A stretch of 64,000 nt of DNA from Eledone cirrhosa (lineage: Eukaryota). Where the stretch lies: the NCBI GenBank assembly GCA_964016885.1, contig OZ024747.1, forward strand, positions 63,736,001 to 63,800,000, given 5' to 3'. Under the pieces are notes generated by a model. That model was not told where the DNA came from. It did no database searches and saw nothing but the letters and a program-made list of their open reading frames with translations. The translations under genes and the position numbers were made by a program. The first letter of the stretch is position 1; each line of letters begins with the position of its first letter. Below are positions 27,413 through 41,940 of the stretch, in pieces.

Positions 27413-29196
27413 TTTATCTAGTCCTTCGCTCAAGATTAATCTACAAGTTTAGATGTCTGCCTTCGTTTAAGTAAATATTACAGTAAGATTTTTAATATAA
27501 ACAACTACAAAAAACAATTAATATTAAAACGAAAAAATTATCAATGATAAAAGAAGCGGATGCAATTTTTTTTTTTATAAAGTTATATTCCTGTTTCTTT
27601 AAAGAACATTTCATTTTTATTCTATTGTAGGCGAAATAATGCAATGGTTTAATAGGGAAGATATAACTTACCAATTATGTCTCTAACCGTGTAACGCTTT
27701 TTAAGTAGATAACTACAATTGAAAATACTAAAGAAATGGAACCAACAATTCAATTTGAAAGTCGTCTACTTATAGTGACAGTGTATTACTGGTACTTTAT
27801 TTTATCGACCCCGTAACGATGAAAGGCAAAAATGCAAATGCTTAAAATTTAAATTGCCTTAATTCTATCGTCTGCTGTTTCATTAAAGGGAGATTCTCGT
27901 CTGTATTTAATTCTATCGTCTACTGTTCCACTAAACAGATATACCTCCACTATCGTCTCTATTTATACATTTTAACTTATAACTTATACACATTTGATTT
28001 GAAATATTTTATCTAGTCCCCCGTCTCAATATTATGATGATTTCTTTCGAATGAAACAGTTCTAGTCCTGTAGAAGCCATTTATATATATAATTGAACTG
28101 AGTTAAAAATTCACAATATTTATAATTAAATAAGCTCATATATATATGTGTGTATTTATCTGTTTATTGTATTATATATAATGTGTGTATATACAGGATG
28201 TCCCCCAAAAATATATACACACTTCAACAGCATTCTAATAACTATTGCCTGTACAGGTAATCAAAGTGTCAATCGAATGTTAGTTTCGTGTTTTAACAGT
28301 ACAAATTTACAATACACACATAAAACCAGTGTATATACATACATGAGTGTGTATACACATACATGAATGTGTATATACAATATATATGTATATATATATA
28401 TAGACACATATATTCACGGTGCAACGGAACATTAAAATATAGATGCGGGAGGCGGGGTGTATATATAGGGGCGCTGGGGATAAAGAAGTGTAAAGCGTGT
28501 GTAATTGATATATTGAAGGAGAGGAGCGTGCAGCGATAGAGTAACAAATATATAGAGAGGGGGAGAGATGGTATTGAAGGGGAGGAGTGCAAAGCGAAAG
28601 AGTAAGAGAGATATATATAGAGACGGAACAGATAGAGAGGAACAGATAGAGAGAAACAGGCGTAAGTAACAGTGGAAGAGATATAGAGAGAGGGGGAAAT
28701 GTGTTATTGAAGGGGAGGAGTGTAAAGCGAAAGCGTAAGATATATATAGAGAGAGGGGCAATAGTATATATATATATATATATATATATATCAACACTTA
28801 CTCTGATTGGTTGAAAATTAGCCAATGACATACGATCACCACCACCACGGCTATCCCCGAAAAATTTATGAAGAAGCTAGGCATATATGTTAGAACACGA
28901 AAAGTGAACATTCTGTTGTTTCACACTTTTCGTGTTCTAACAGATACAAGGTTATGACATGTCTATTCTTCTTCTTCTTCTTCTTTTTCTTCTTCTTCTT
29001 CTTCACCCACTAATTTGTGTGAGGGTCGTGGGTGCCGAGTCCTCAAACACTCCTCCTTCCAGCGTGTCCTGACAGAAGCAACCATCTCCAACTGATCCAG
29101 CTAGATCCTCAAACGTCACCAGCCACACGTAAACTCTATCTAATAAATCAATACCCTTCACATTTGTAAATATGTCTTCATTTTCTCTTGTTACAG

Positions 29197-29283
29197 GTCA
29201 CCTTAGCCCCTGTAGAATTAGTCCCAGAATACCTAAATCAAAGAAACTAAAAAAGACTATGTACCATGTAACACAGAATCAAG
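29197..29283 (+). CDS. MPP7: MPP7-like exon B, HOOK region
   Basis: Acceptor ttttctcttgttacag|G, donor AAG|gtaaaa. 87 nt, phase 1-1. Translates (G)HLSPCRISPRIPKSKKLKKTMYHVTQNQ. A basic KKxKKxMY motif is typical of p55-MAGUK HOOK regions. Confidence 0.88.
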
Positions 29284-29429
29284 GTAAAACCAATTTCTAA
29301 AATAAATCACTTTAATTGCATGTTTTCCAATAGATTTGTAATCATATATATATATATATATATATGTATGTGTATATGTGTAAAAATGTATGTTTTCCAT
29401 GGATTAGATGTGAAGTATATATATATATA

Positions 29430-29470
<41 letters not shown>

Positions 29471-29487
29471 CAACTATTTCCTATTAA

Positions 29488-29649
29488 AGTTGCAACTATT
29501 TCCTGTAGAAGAGAGAACCTAAAACATGCTCAGAAAAATTTTAAACTTGAAATTTATAAATTAAAACAATGAAAAATTAAAATCTCAAATAGTATCCTAG
29601 ATATAATATTTTACAATCAGGGAAAGATTTTATGCTCAGTCTGTATAAG

Positions 29650-29737
<88 letters not shown>

Positions 29738-29919
29738 TATGTATATATATATACATACTTATACAGACTGAGCATAAAATATTTCCCTGATAGTAAAATA
29801 CTATATCTAGGATACTATTTGAGATTTTAATTTTTCATTGTTTTAATTTATAAATTTCAAGTTTAAAATTTTTCTGAGCATGTTTTAGGTTCTCTCTTCT
29901 ACAGGAAATAGTTGTAACT
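29488..29919. repeat. Long inverted repeat centred on (TA)n
   Basis: About 170-bp nearly identical arms (agttgcaactatttcctgtag...tataagtatg and its reverse complement) around a TA tract. Confidence 0.85.
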
Positions 29920-30120
29920 CTCAGTAACAAAATGGCATCTATGAAACAAAAAGCTCAGTGTATTTTGTGGTTTCAAAGACTTTATGGTCACCCTGTATAT
30001 ATATAAATATATATATGTATGTATATATGTATAGATGTGCAGATATATATATGTATATATATGTACGTATGTGTGCATGTGTAAAAATAGATGTATTCTA
30101 TGGATTAGGTATAAAGTCTG

Positions 30121-30157
<37 letters not shown>

Positions 30158-32461
30158 GTATATATATATGTGTGTGTGTAAAAATGCATGTTTTGGAGAA
30201 TTACTATGTATACTCATGTATAAATTGTAGCAACATAAGCTATATTTCAATTTTGCATGACATTTACAATGTACTATATATTTTGAATTGAGGTTTTGTA
30301 TGACCAATAACTAAATCACACTAATTTACAAACATCTTATACAATGTACCATATACTTTGCATTGAGGTATTGTTAGTCCAGTAGATCAGCCATGTGTTG
30401 GTGTTTGTCATTATGTTTTTGTAGAAAATGGCGTGATTTATATATGAGTATATACAGTGTATTTTATATTTTTTCTTCCTTTTTCACTTGCTCTATTTAC
30501 TATCATTGGAAGTGTTATTGTGATAAATTTTAATACAAGCCATCAATCATCATCATTGTTTCTAGGTCCATTTTCTCATGCTGGCATTGGGTAGATGCAG
30601 CAGTTTTTTTCTACAAGTGAATGCCCTTATGCCATTCTTGACTCTAGCACATACTTACTATTGGTGTTTTGTTAAATAAAGTAATGGGAAGGAGGATAAG
30701 CATGATTTGTGTATATATATATATATGTACATATATGTGTGTGTATTTGTGTATGTGTAGAAATCAGTAGATGATTGATCAAGGAAAACAGTACTTAATC
30801 TGTTGCAAGAGAGATTATTTAGTATAAACAAAGTTTCATACGGTTAACATGTATGTTAAGTATTTCCATTGAAAAGTTAAAGGAAAGAAGAGTGTTCTAT
30901 GTACTGTAGAGAGCTGTTTAATTAAATGTAAATAAATAAATATACATATATTTATATAGAATAGAATTAAAATTTAGCTTCGAGCATAGCTGTATGCAGA
31001 TATGTAATGGAATTTCGTATTTCTAAAGAAATATGATATGTTTATAAATAAACATTTAGAAAGCTGTAGCAATGCAAAAACACTGGCAGCTATCGCCACC
31101 TGTTGGTGCCAACAGAAGCAAGCGGGGAAAATATATTTATATTTATATGTATGTATGTATATACTAAACTTTATGGCTATCTCCACAAGCAGCCATTTTC
31201 TTTTTATAACAGGCTGAATGAATTGGGGTGTATAACCCAACGAACTTAAGTACTTGTATATCTCACTGTTGTAACTATATTTATATTTATGTTTATATAT
31301 ATATATGAAAAGTATAGAAATTATTATGAGCAAGAAGCACACAGTATTTCATAATATATAATATATATATAATTTATAAGTGACTATAGCGTCAAAATGG
31401 GAAAATAGTTAACGTAAGATGTGAGAAAAATAATTCAAACTCAATTCAAAAAGAATCAGGATATAGATTCATCCAACAGAATTTAGTGAAATTCAGGGAA
31501 AAATCAATAGAGCCTTAACTCATGATAAAATAAAGTTTAAAATACTCATCCTTCAATTTGGAAAGACTACAAATGCTCTGTATAGATGTGTGTGTGTGTG
31601 TATAAACTACTTTATACAAATAAATAATAGATATTTGTTAACTTTTATTCAGGTAAAAAGAAGAGAGTTTATTTTTGTGTGTGATGTTAAATAATTTATT
31701 ATTTTGAAATAATTTCAAATGAGATGTAATAATTCTATAGAAATTGGTTTACCATTCAAAAACAGCTGAATGATCAGTTGTTCTTAGAAATATAACACAA
31801 TGCTAATGAAATTCCTATCATGTATTATAATTCTATCTTTATTTGAACATTATTTCTTAGAATATAACATTTTTAGATGATGTTTGGAGATTAGGAAAAT
31901 AATAACATTTTACAGTAGATTTTTTTTTTTTTTTATTTATTAATTGTATTATTCATCATATTTAAATATTCTCTGTCAACAAAATTCAATAAATTTTAAA
32001 TTTCATTAAAGTTGTGTTACCATATACAAACATTAATTAATTTTTTTTGTTATAATTGACTATAAAAAAAGGACAAAATACGCTCTGTTATTTTTTCATT
32101 TATATGTTTTCATTCAAGCAAATAATGTTTGAAAGTTTTGGAAACTTTACTCATTCGGCTTAACTGTAACGTACATATGCCCCAGCATGGCCATATTTAT
32201 TTGGTTAGAACCTGTCAGAGAATAAATGATATCTCTATTAAGAGAGAGAGAGGGAGTTGTAATACCCCCCCCCCCCCCATTCAATGCATACATGTCTAAA
32301 AAGAAAATTTGTAAGTTATTTACTTTTAAAATAAACTTTAAGTTTGCTGAGATAATTTATTCTTATAAATTCTCTCAACAATAGAAAGTAGTTATCTCCG
32401 TATGCTGGATTGAATGACATCATCAGAAGGAACCTTTATGTTGCTAGTTTCCCATCACAAC

Positions 32462-32764
32462 CAGAGTTGAATTTAGACCTTAGGGGTCTCGGGGCACTTC
32501 AGGTTTGTGGGAGAGCCCTCATACACAAAAAATTAGAATACACAGCAAACCCTCCAATTTTACATATCAAAGTTAGCTTGGTGCAAGTAATTGGAATTGA
32601 AAAGTTATACATACTAGTATAAAATTAAAAAATTCTAACCATCCTAAAGCTAAAAAACCCAGCTGAGGGCACAAATAAATTGCTACGGCTGTCGCTGGTG
32701 GGGCCTCCCCACTGCAGGGGCCCAGGGCAATTGCTCCCTTTGCCCATCATTAAATCCAGCTCTG
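32462..32764 (+). mobile_element. hAT-type MITE (same family)
   Basis: TIRs cagagttgaattta / taaatccagctctg; TSD atcacaac / atcacgac. Confidence 0.85.
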
Positions 32765-33604
32765 ATCACGACTGAACATTGCTGGCCTCAACTGTGATGA
32801 TAGCAAGCACACACAAGAGATAACCATTTTCTAATTCAATGTGAGTAAATCTCTAATCAGTGGCGTCACATGCTGCAATACATTTTCTGTCTCCAACCTT
32901 GAAACTTCAGCCACAAGCCTGACCATTACTTCCCATAAAATGAAGTAGAAGATAGCAAAATATCATGATTTAGTCAACAATTTCCATCAAGGCCTATCGC
33001 TTTCCTCTGCGAAATTTCTAGGAGTGCATCCCACCTGGGGACTGAGCCTTGTAAAGTGAAGTAGCTGATGCAATGGGTATTGCTGATTGTTCTTTGTCTG
33101 TGGGGCATAGATGCGATATCCTACCTAGTCTAAGGTGTAGAATCTGCTGCTCCTTCCTTCTTCCCCGTACTTTTATTGTTTATAAGAAGATATATAACCT
33201 TTTCCCTACCATGTTTCTAATGAATGACACTGTCTCCTATTATTTTCAATTAATTTTGACAATAATTAAGACTTTGGTATGTTTTAGTAATATAACTATT
33301 TTTTTTCATTATTAAGCTGGTGTTTGGAACATATGTTCTTGCATAAAATTATATTGGAAGGCTCTTAAATAAATAAAATCATTTTAAAATAATGTTTTGT
33401 ATTATAGAACCAGGAGTGGTTTCAGGTAGCTTAATATTAAAAGGGTTAACAGACAAGTGCAGCCATGACTGTGTGGTCATTTCAAGTTCGCTACTTACTG
33501 CATTGCACATTGGGCAAAATCTCTTCTACTACAGCCACAGGTGTTACTTTAATAATAAAATAGCTTATTGTAAATAAGTAAATAAGTGTTGATGTTCTCT
33601 CTCT

Positions 33605-33845
33605 TTCACTCACTGCCTCTGTCTCTCTTGCTCTTCCCATCTCTCACTATTATAAGCAAATGGGGGCCCAGGCACTGGTCACTCCATGGCCCCAGCGGAC
33701 AGATCAGAGAAGGCATTTCCCCGGAGGATGATGAGGGAGATGTGTTGGAAGAGCCTTTCTTGCTTGCGAAGCTCACACCTGCTGTAACCAACTCCGTGCT
33801 AATGGTGGTGAGTAGGGCGGTGATCCTAGGGCCAAAGACACCATA
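33605..33845 (+). repeat. Unclassified interspersed repeat
   Basis: cactgcctctgtctctc..ccatc.ctcactattataagcaaatggg motif also at about 5030-5180 and 23360-23515, and reversed at about 24000-24110. Confidence 0.65.
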
Positions 33846-36279
33846 GGTCTCCACAGATTGACTTGAGATGATGAAGGAATGTAAGAAATGAAGAGAGGCT
33901 GTGCTGGAAAAGACACACACAATCCATGCAAGTATGGGAAAAGTAGGTGTCAAAAGGATGATGATGAAGAGGATTTGATGAAATAAATACTGGCATCAAC
34001 ATTATCAACAAAATCCCTACCAGTTAGTGCTCCAGTATGGCCTTAGCCTATTGACTGAAACTAATAGAATAAGAGAATAAAAGAATATTAGAAGCTTCAC
34101 AATATTTTGATCCCTTAGTATCAAATATGCAATTTGTAAGTGATCAATCGGACAGTAACATAATTGAAACTGTATCTATGAAATAGAACCTTGATAAATA
34201 TGCATATGATATCTTTAGTTGTGGAAAGAGAAACAAATTGGCGTTCATGAAATAACTAAACGGAAAGGCTTCTGTGGTGTTTTATAATTAGACTAGACAT
34301 GCTGTCTCCGCAATGTTACTTTTAAATATTCAAATATGTGTATCATGTCTTGCCAATATAGATAATAACAGTTGTTAGGGTAATGGTAGAATATGATAAC
34401 AGATCAACTTGAATAATTACAGACTTTTAGAAGAGAGACTGTTTTGTTTTGTTTTTAAATCTATTACTTTAACCATTTTAATACCAACTTCTCCAAAACT
34501 GCCTCTTATTCTATGAAATAAAACCACCCATTTTAACCTTTTCATGATCATATTTCTAATGAAATACATTTTATTTTAATTTATTAATGAATTCACTAAT
34601 ATTATCAACTATTTTACTACTAAGATAGTAACTTAATATAAGGTTCTTTTATAAAATGACATTGGAAATTTTTAATTTAAATTGAAAACCTTTAAAAGTG
34701 GTGACTTTATTTCATAGAACCAGAGTTAATTTTGGCATTGTTGGTAACTAAAGAGTGAAAGGATACTACATAGATTAAGATCTCCCAACTTAATTTCATA
34801 TAAGAACATTTGTTTCTGTTACAAATATCATCTTAATGAAATTTAAATTTTATTAAATACTATTCAAATTCTATATTAATTATTAAATATTTCATTAGAA
34901 ATATGGTAAGAAAAGTTTAAAGCAGTAAATTGTAGAGATATTAAAGCATCAGATTAAATGCTTTATGGTATTTGTTCCAGCTTTCTGTTCAGATCCCTCT
35001 CAGGACAACTTTGTCTTTCATCTTTCATGGAGTTGATAAAATAAAATACAAGTTCAGGGGTGATGGATTAGGAAAATTGTTAGAGCATCAAACAAAATTC
35101 CTTGTGTTATTATCTGTTCCAGCTGTGTGCTTTCTGAGCATTCATGTCCTACCTAGGGATTCAACTCCCATCAATGACCAGGGTTAATTACATGATATTG
35201 AACCACAACTAATTATGGAACCAGTAATGGGTGAAGAAGAAATGCAGCCATCTGATACTGTAGTCAAATGATACTGCTGATGATGATGGTTTCTGATTTG
35301 GGCATGAGGCAAACAATTTGGGGGAAGGAAGGGAAAGTTGATTTAATCGACCCCAGTGTGTTATTGGTTGAAAGGCAAAGCTAACCTCAGCAGGATTTGA
35401 ACTCACAATGTAAAGGGCTGTAACTATAACCTCCAAAGGTTATATGGTCTGATGGTCTACCAATTCTGCCAATCCACAATGACAATGATAATGATAAGTT
35501 TATAAAACAGACAACTGAAATAAAGCCACTGTGTTTTATCTTGGGTAGATATTTTCTACTGTCGTCTCAAGTTGATCCAGAATTGAGAGTTGTGAAGAAA
35601 ATGCAATGTTATTCTAAATAATAAAAATCTTGCTTGGTCTATTTCTGTGGTAGGCTTAATCCATTGTTTGGATTATAACACCACCACCTGGCATTTGAGT
35701 ATCTTTAGCAGAGTCTAATCTGTTGCGAGTATTCAGTGCAAGTTTCTAGTTTGAGAACACTTTCCTCCTTACTTTCCTCTCAACATCCATGCTGGTCCAA
35801 CCCCCCCCCCCCCCCCCATACACACACACATACTTAATCAAATAATAAAAAGAAAATTCTGAAATTGGAAGTTGTGTGTAAAAGAAATTATGTTTACATT
35901 GTTGTTAGAAGACAAAAACAACACCACCAAGAAGTTTTTTATTGTCATTTTCCCTACTCAAACAGAGGCTAATTTTGTCAGCTCCATGGCAAGCTCTATA
36001 CCATGGAGTTATTTTGAAGCAATGATTTATGGTTGGATAACTTTTCTGACACCAACATTTTTAGAAACCTCTTATGACACACAAGAATGCAGCTCACAGT
36101 ATATATGTATGCATGTATATATAAAACTAATGTTTTTAAGGCCATTTTCCCTGCAAAAGCAGAGGTTAGCCTTGCAGGTCTTCTGAGTGACTTCAAACTC
36201 ATCCTTGACTTCTTTTTTAAACAATGTTGTATGGCCAGATGCCCTTCCTGTTGCCAACCCTTTTTGTCACTTCTTAAAA

Positions 36280-36760
36280 CATGCAGGATATGATGTATCT
36301 ATTTTAAACCAGACACATGGATATGGTTTACCTATTCTAAACCAGAAACATACAGGGATACAGTGTACCTATTCTGAAACAAATACACATAGGAATGTAC
36401 TGTACTTGTTGTAAACTAGATAGATTCAGAGATATGATGTGCCTATTTAAACCAGATACATGTATGGAGGAATATAGGGTACCTATTGTATACTAGTTAC
36501 ACATAGGAATATGATGTACCTATTTTAAACCAGATACACGTAAGGTGAGGTATTGGGTACCTGTTGTAAACTGGATACACACAGGGATATGATGTGCCTA
36601 TGTTAAACCAGATACACGCAAGGTGGGGTATAGGGTACCTATTGTAAACTAGATACACACAGGGATATGGTGTGCTTATTTTAAACCAGATACACGCAGG
36701 GTGGGGTATAGGGTACCTATTGTAAACTAGAAACACACAGGGATATAATGTATCTAGTGT
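36280..36760. repeat. 78-bp higher-order tandem repeat built from two related subunits
   Basis: aaaccagatacacg recurs at 36527, 36605 and 36683, alternating with aaactRgatacacacaggg. Confidence 0.85.
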
Positions 36761-37026
36761 AAAGTGTATACACGCATCATATTATTGGTAAAATGGGATA
36801 ATAATTCCCCATGATGCTGTGAAGAAGAGGAGGAGGAACTAAAACAGTAAAGAGGAGAAAAACCGAGAAATGTATATAGACATGAAAGAGAAGAGAAGTG
36901 AAAATCAAATAAGTTGTGTTGTTATATTTCCCGCTTCTCAAAGGAATGATAGTATGTTACATCAGAGAACGGCAGAAACTGGTGTAGAAATGTCGAGATG
37001 AAAGAAAATGTAGTAGTTTAGACATG

Positions 37027-37395
37027 TGTGGTGGTGGTGTTGGTTGTTTTTGTTGGTGGCAGTGGTGGTGATGGTGGTGGTGGTGTTGGTTGTTTTTGTT
37101 GGTGGTGGTGGTGGTGGTGGTGGTGGTGTTGTTGTTGTTAGTGATGGTAGTGGTGGTGATGGTAGTTGGTGCTGGTGTTGTTGTTAGTGATGGTAGTGGT
37201 GGTGGTGATGATGATAGTGGTGTTAGTGATGGTAGTGGTTGTGGTAGTGGTGGAGGAGGTGGTATTGGTTGGTGACAGTGGTGATAATGATGGTAGTGGT
37301 AGTGACACTATTATTTTTTCTAGTGATGGTAGTGGTGGTGGTGATAGTGGTATTGGTAGTGGCAATGGTGTTGGTAGTGATAGTTGTAGTGGTGT
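37027..37395. repeat. (GGT/GAT/GTT)n trinucleotide low-complexity tract
   Basis: Direct inspection; similar tracts at 5950-6160 and 14545-14800. Confidence 0.9.
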
Positions 37396-37790
37396 CTAGC
37401 TCAGATTGACATGAGAACAATACTACAGACTTCATACAACACATCATTCGATTATATATTATACTGTAGACACAAAACAAATATAAAGTTCTTAACAAGA
37501 CTGGTATAAATTCAGCCAGTCTCCTGTCTTCGATGGGTCTTTTATTTTACTGACCCTTAAAGGATAAAAGACAGAGTTGATTTTGGTAGAGCTTGAACTT
37601 TATGAATCTTGGAACTTTTTCCCTGGAAATTTTAGATGGAATAAATTTTATTTTTCTATAAATATCTTTTAATGGTTTCTAGTTTAGGCACAAGGCCAGC
37701 AATTTTTGGGGAGGGGAAGTCAATTTTATTAAACTTACTACTTGACTGATACTTTGGAATGATGATAAGAAAATTTAACCTAGGCAAGAT

Positions 37791-38051
37791 CAGGGTTGGA
37801 TTTAGACCTTGTGGGGCTCATACACAAAAAATTAGAATACACAGCAAACCCCCAATTTTACATATCAAAGTTAGCTAGGCACAAGTAACTGGAATTGAAA
37901 AGTTATACATACAGGTATTAAATTAAAAAATAATAACCATCCTAAAACTAATAATCCAGCTGTGGACACAAATAAATTACTACAGCCATTGCTGGTGGGA
38001 CCCCCACTGCAGAGGGCCCAGGGCAATTGCTCCCTATTAAATCCGATCCGG
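37791..38051 (+). mobile_element. hAT-type MITE inserted into a SINE remnant
   Basis: TSD ggcaagat / ggcaggat; the flanks rejoin into the SINE-2 motif aacct.ggcaggatttgaact. Confidence 0.8.
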
Positions 38052-38179
38052 GGCAGGATTTGAACTTAGAACATAGAGGCAGATCAAACACTGTTAAACA
38101 TTTGTCTGATATTCGAGTGATTCTACCAATTTGTCACCCTTACAATATCCTATAATAAAAAAACCTTACCTGTAAGAAA

Positions 38180-39800
38180 TATACAAACTAAATATTATGT
38201 ATAGTATCTATGCGCACTGAGTTATCTATGTGGTGTGTATACACACAAAATGATGTATATGGTATGTATACACATAAGATTATGTATATAGTAATGAAGT
38301 ATACATACTAAATTATCTATGTAGTATCTAAACACAATAAATTATATATGTAGTGTGTATATTCACTAAATTATTTATGTAGTATGTATATTCACTAAAT
38401 TATCTATGTAGTATGTATATTCACTAAATTATCTATGTAGTATGTATATTCACTAAATTATCTATGTATAATGATAATAATAAATAATGAAATTATTGTG
38501 TACAGTGCTCAGGTGCATTACAACTCATCAAAGGTGCGTGTATAGTACATAGAATAATGTACAAATGTCAGGAAAATGAACAGTATACGAGTCATGAAAT
38601 ACATGTGTGTGTGTGTATGGAGGAGGATATCAGGTGTAGCATTGGCGAATCTTAGGAAGCATGGAGGTTTTAAAGGATGCAGTGTCTCGACAAGCTAACA
38701 ACTGATGCAAGTAGTTTGTTCCATGCTTCAGCAACTCTGAACGTGAAAAAATGTTTCTGAAAGTCATGGGAGCTGTGCTGTTTTCTGATTTTGATGCCCA
38801 CATGGAAATCAAAAAGGTGCTCAGGGTTTTTGTTGGCAAGATGGTTAATCATTTTGTGGGTGTTTACCAAGTCAGTTGCCAGATGTTGGAGCTTCAATGT
38901 ATCCATGCCCAGGTAAGCAAGGCGTTCAGCATATGGTAGATGCCTGATGGGGGTTATTCGCTTGGTTCCATGTCTCTGAACAGTTTCCAGACGGTCAATG
39001 TCTGAGCAAGATAGGGGTTCCAGACTGGTGATGCAAATTCTAAGTGTGGCCACACCATAGCTATATACAGCTTTAAATAGATAGCTGGAGAGCAGCTGAC
39101 AAATGTCTTGCTGAGTGATGCTAAGACACCCTCGGCCTTCTTGACAATTTTAGAGATGTGCTTCATCCAACGCAAATCGTTGCTGACAGTAATGCCCAGG
39201 TCACGTTCACAAGAAGACTTCTTGATATTAGTGTTGTGGAGGGAGTATGCGGATGCTGGGTTTTTACTCCCAAAATGCATGGTGGTATACTTGTCCACAG
39301 CTAACTTGAGTTGCCAGTCCATGATCCATTGTTGCATTGTGTCCAGGTCAGATTGCAGGCAAGATCTATAGTGTTCAGGATCTGTCCTTTTTATCTCAAG
39401 GTACAGCTTGATGTCATCTGCGTATTTCAGTACTGTGGCATTCGTTAAGTTGGCATCTATGTCATTAACATATATGCCACAAACAAAAGGGGGCCTAGAA
39501 CAGATCCCTGTGGTACACCAGATGACATCTCATACATGTAGTATGTATATACACTGAATTATCTATGTAGTATGTATAAAAAGGGAATTATCTATGTAGT
39601 ATGTATAAATACTAAATTATATATGTAGTATGTATATATACTAAATTATATATGTAGTATGTATACGCAATGAATTACCTATGTAGTATGTATATAAAGT
39701 GAATTATCTATGTAGTATGTATATATATACACTAGATTATATATGTAGTGTATATACACACTAGATTATCTATATAATATTACGCACTAAATTATATACA
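38180..39800. repeat. 29-bp minisatellite split by the CR1 insertion
   Basis: Unit tagtatgtatattcactaaattatctatg at about 38180-38470 and 39538-39800. Confidence 0.85.
38470..39535 (-). mobile_element. CR1-clade LINE 3' fragment
   Basis: GVPQGSVLGP, YADDIKL, LQSDLD, ERDLGI, PHLEFASPVWNP, FRVAEAWNKL. Frameshifted, with a short (TTA)-type tail; sits inside a 29-bp minisatellite. Confidence 0.92.
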
Positions 39801-41237
39801 TAGTACGTATAAGCTGAAACAAAGCACAAAATTAATTTCCTCATGTAAGGCAATATAAGGTAACAACAAAAGATATCATACATCAACATTACAATAGATA
39901 TTTTATGATGTATGTATTGTACAATATTATAATATTACAATACATATATTTGTTTATGTTTGTGTTCCAGGAAAATGATGATATTAATAATTAAGGAGAA
40001 TGAATATGTTTTTCTTTTTAAACTTATTACTTTGAAATTTCTCACTACACTTCCTAAATGAAAATATATTAAAGAATTTATTTGGTATCATGTTGTTGTT
40101 GATGTTGTTGTCATTACTGTTATTGTTGTCATCAGTAGTGTTGTTGCTCTTATTTTTGTGTTCTACTTGAACATGTTTGTATTGGAAATATTTTCATTAA
40201 AGTTGCAAGTTTAGTTCATCTATTGTGTTTCAAATATATTTTCTCATTATTTTCTTTATATTTTGCTATATTTTGTTTCGTTTCTAGATATGTTTGTTTT
40301 TAGATATGTGTGTCTTTATCTATTGTCAAAAACAGCATGGCAGAGAATTTACATTAAAAAAAAAAAATAATGAAAAAAGAATTGCATGATGTCTGTTCTT
40401 AAAAATATGCAATGTTTTAAAGTTAAAGATTCTCTCAGCATTGATATAAATGTGAAATAATTCCTTGAGGAATATATCTCTCATCAGGTAAGTTTACAAA
40501 TATAAAAAGACTATAATATATCTCTAACTTGATTTATTCTTACTCTGATATTCCTTGTTTAAGATATGTGATAATAATAACTTTGGCACAAGGCCAGCAA
40601 TTTGGGCAAAGTGGAAGTTGGTTATATCAACTCCAGTACATAATAACAATTGTTTCTGATGTTCTACTGATACTGCCAATCCAGTGTTCTGTATATATCC
40701 ATTTTTTGTAAATATAATTTTTTGAGTGCCAAAGCATTATTTGTATGGTGGTGGATTGGCAGTATCAGTAAAACGTCAGACACCATGATTTTCAGCACAC
40801 AGATATGGCCCTTTACGTTCTGAGTTCAAATCCTGCCAAGGTTAACTTTGCCTTTCATCCTTAAGGGGTTAATAAAATAAAGTACCAGTAATACACTGAG
40901 GTAATTACTGGCCTTGTGCCAAAAGTAGAAACATTTATTGTATGTTTTCTTGTTTGTTTATTTGTATTTAACGCCCCTGGTTAGGATATGTGAATTTAAG
41001 CATTTTTCAAAAAGATTCTAAAAAAAAAAAAAACTTTTAAAAAGTAAAATAGATGTTTTGATCAATTTACCTATTTTTAATTTTGTCTGGATCTATGTTT
41101 AACGTTTTTGAGTAGCATCAATAATCTGGTATCCAAAGAATTGAAGTAAATGGATAATAACAATAAAAAATACTCTCAGGTCTTGAATAACAGACCCCCC
41201 CCCCCATGTTTATCAATTTTTCAGATTTGTTCCTATA

Positions 41238-41940
41238 TATATATGACAAACGTATGAGTAAATATGAGAAAAAGTGTTAATATATATGACAAAAGTATTA
41301 ATATATATACGACAAAAGTATGAGTACATATATGACAAAACTATCAATATATATATATATAACAACATTATGAGTACATATAAAAAAAGTATGAATTTAT
41401 ATGACAAAAGTATGAGCATATATGTTACAAAAGTATGAGTGTATATATGACAAAAGTATGAGTATATATATGACAAAAGTATGAATATATATATATATAA
41501 CAAAATTATGAATATATATGACAAAAGTATGAGTGTATATATGACAAAAAGTATGAGTATGTATATGACAAAAATATGAGTGTATATATGACATAGGTAT
41601 GAGTGTATATATAACAAAATGTATGAATATATATGACGAAAGTATGAATATATATGACAAAAATATGAGTATATATATGACAAAAGTATGAATGTATATA
41701 ACAAAAGTATTAGTATATATGACAAAATATATGAGTACATTTATGACAAAAAGTATGAATATATATACAGGGTGTTCCCAAAAAATGTATACACACTTTG
41801 ATTACCTGTACAGGCAATATTTATTAAAATGGTGTATATTTTGGGTGGAGACACCCTATATATATATATGACAAAAGTATGAATATTTATATGACAAAAG
41901 TATTAATATATATGACAAAATGTATGAGTATGACAAGCAA
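41238..41940. repeat. About 23-bp minisatellite
   Basis: Unit tgacaaaagtatgagtatatata with variable TA count. Confidence 0.9.
41768..41858. mobile_element. Tc1/mariner-type mini-MITE inside minisatellite
   Basis: ta|cagggtgttcccaaaa...ttttgggtggagacaccct; related copy at about 28192-28280. Confidence 0.6.
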
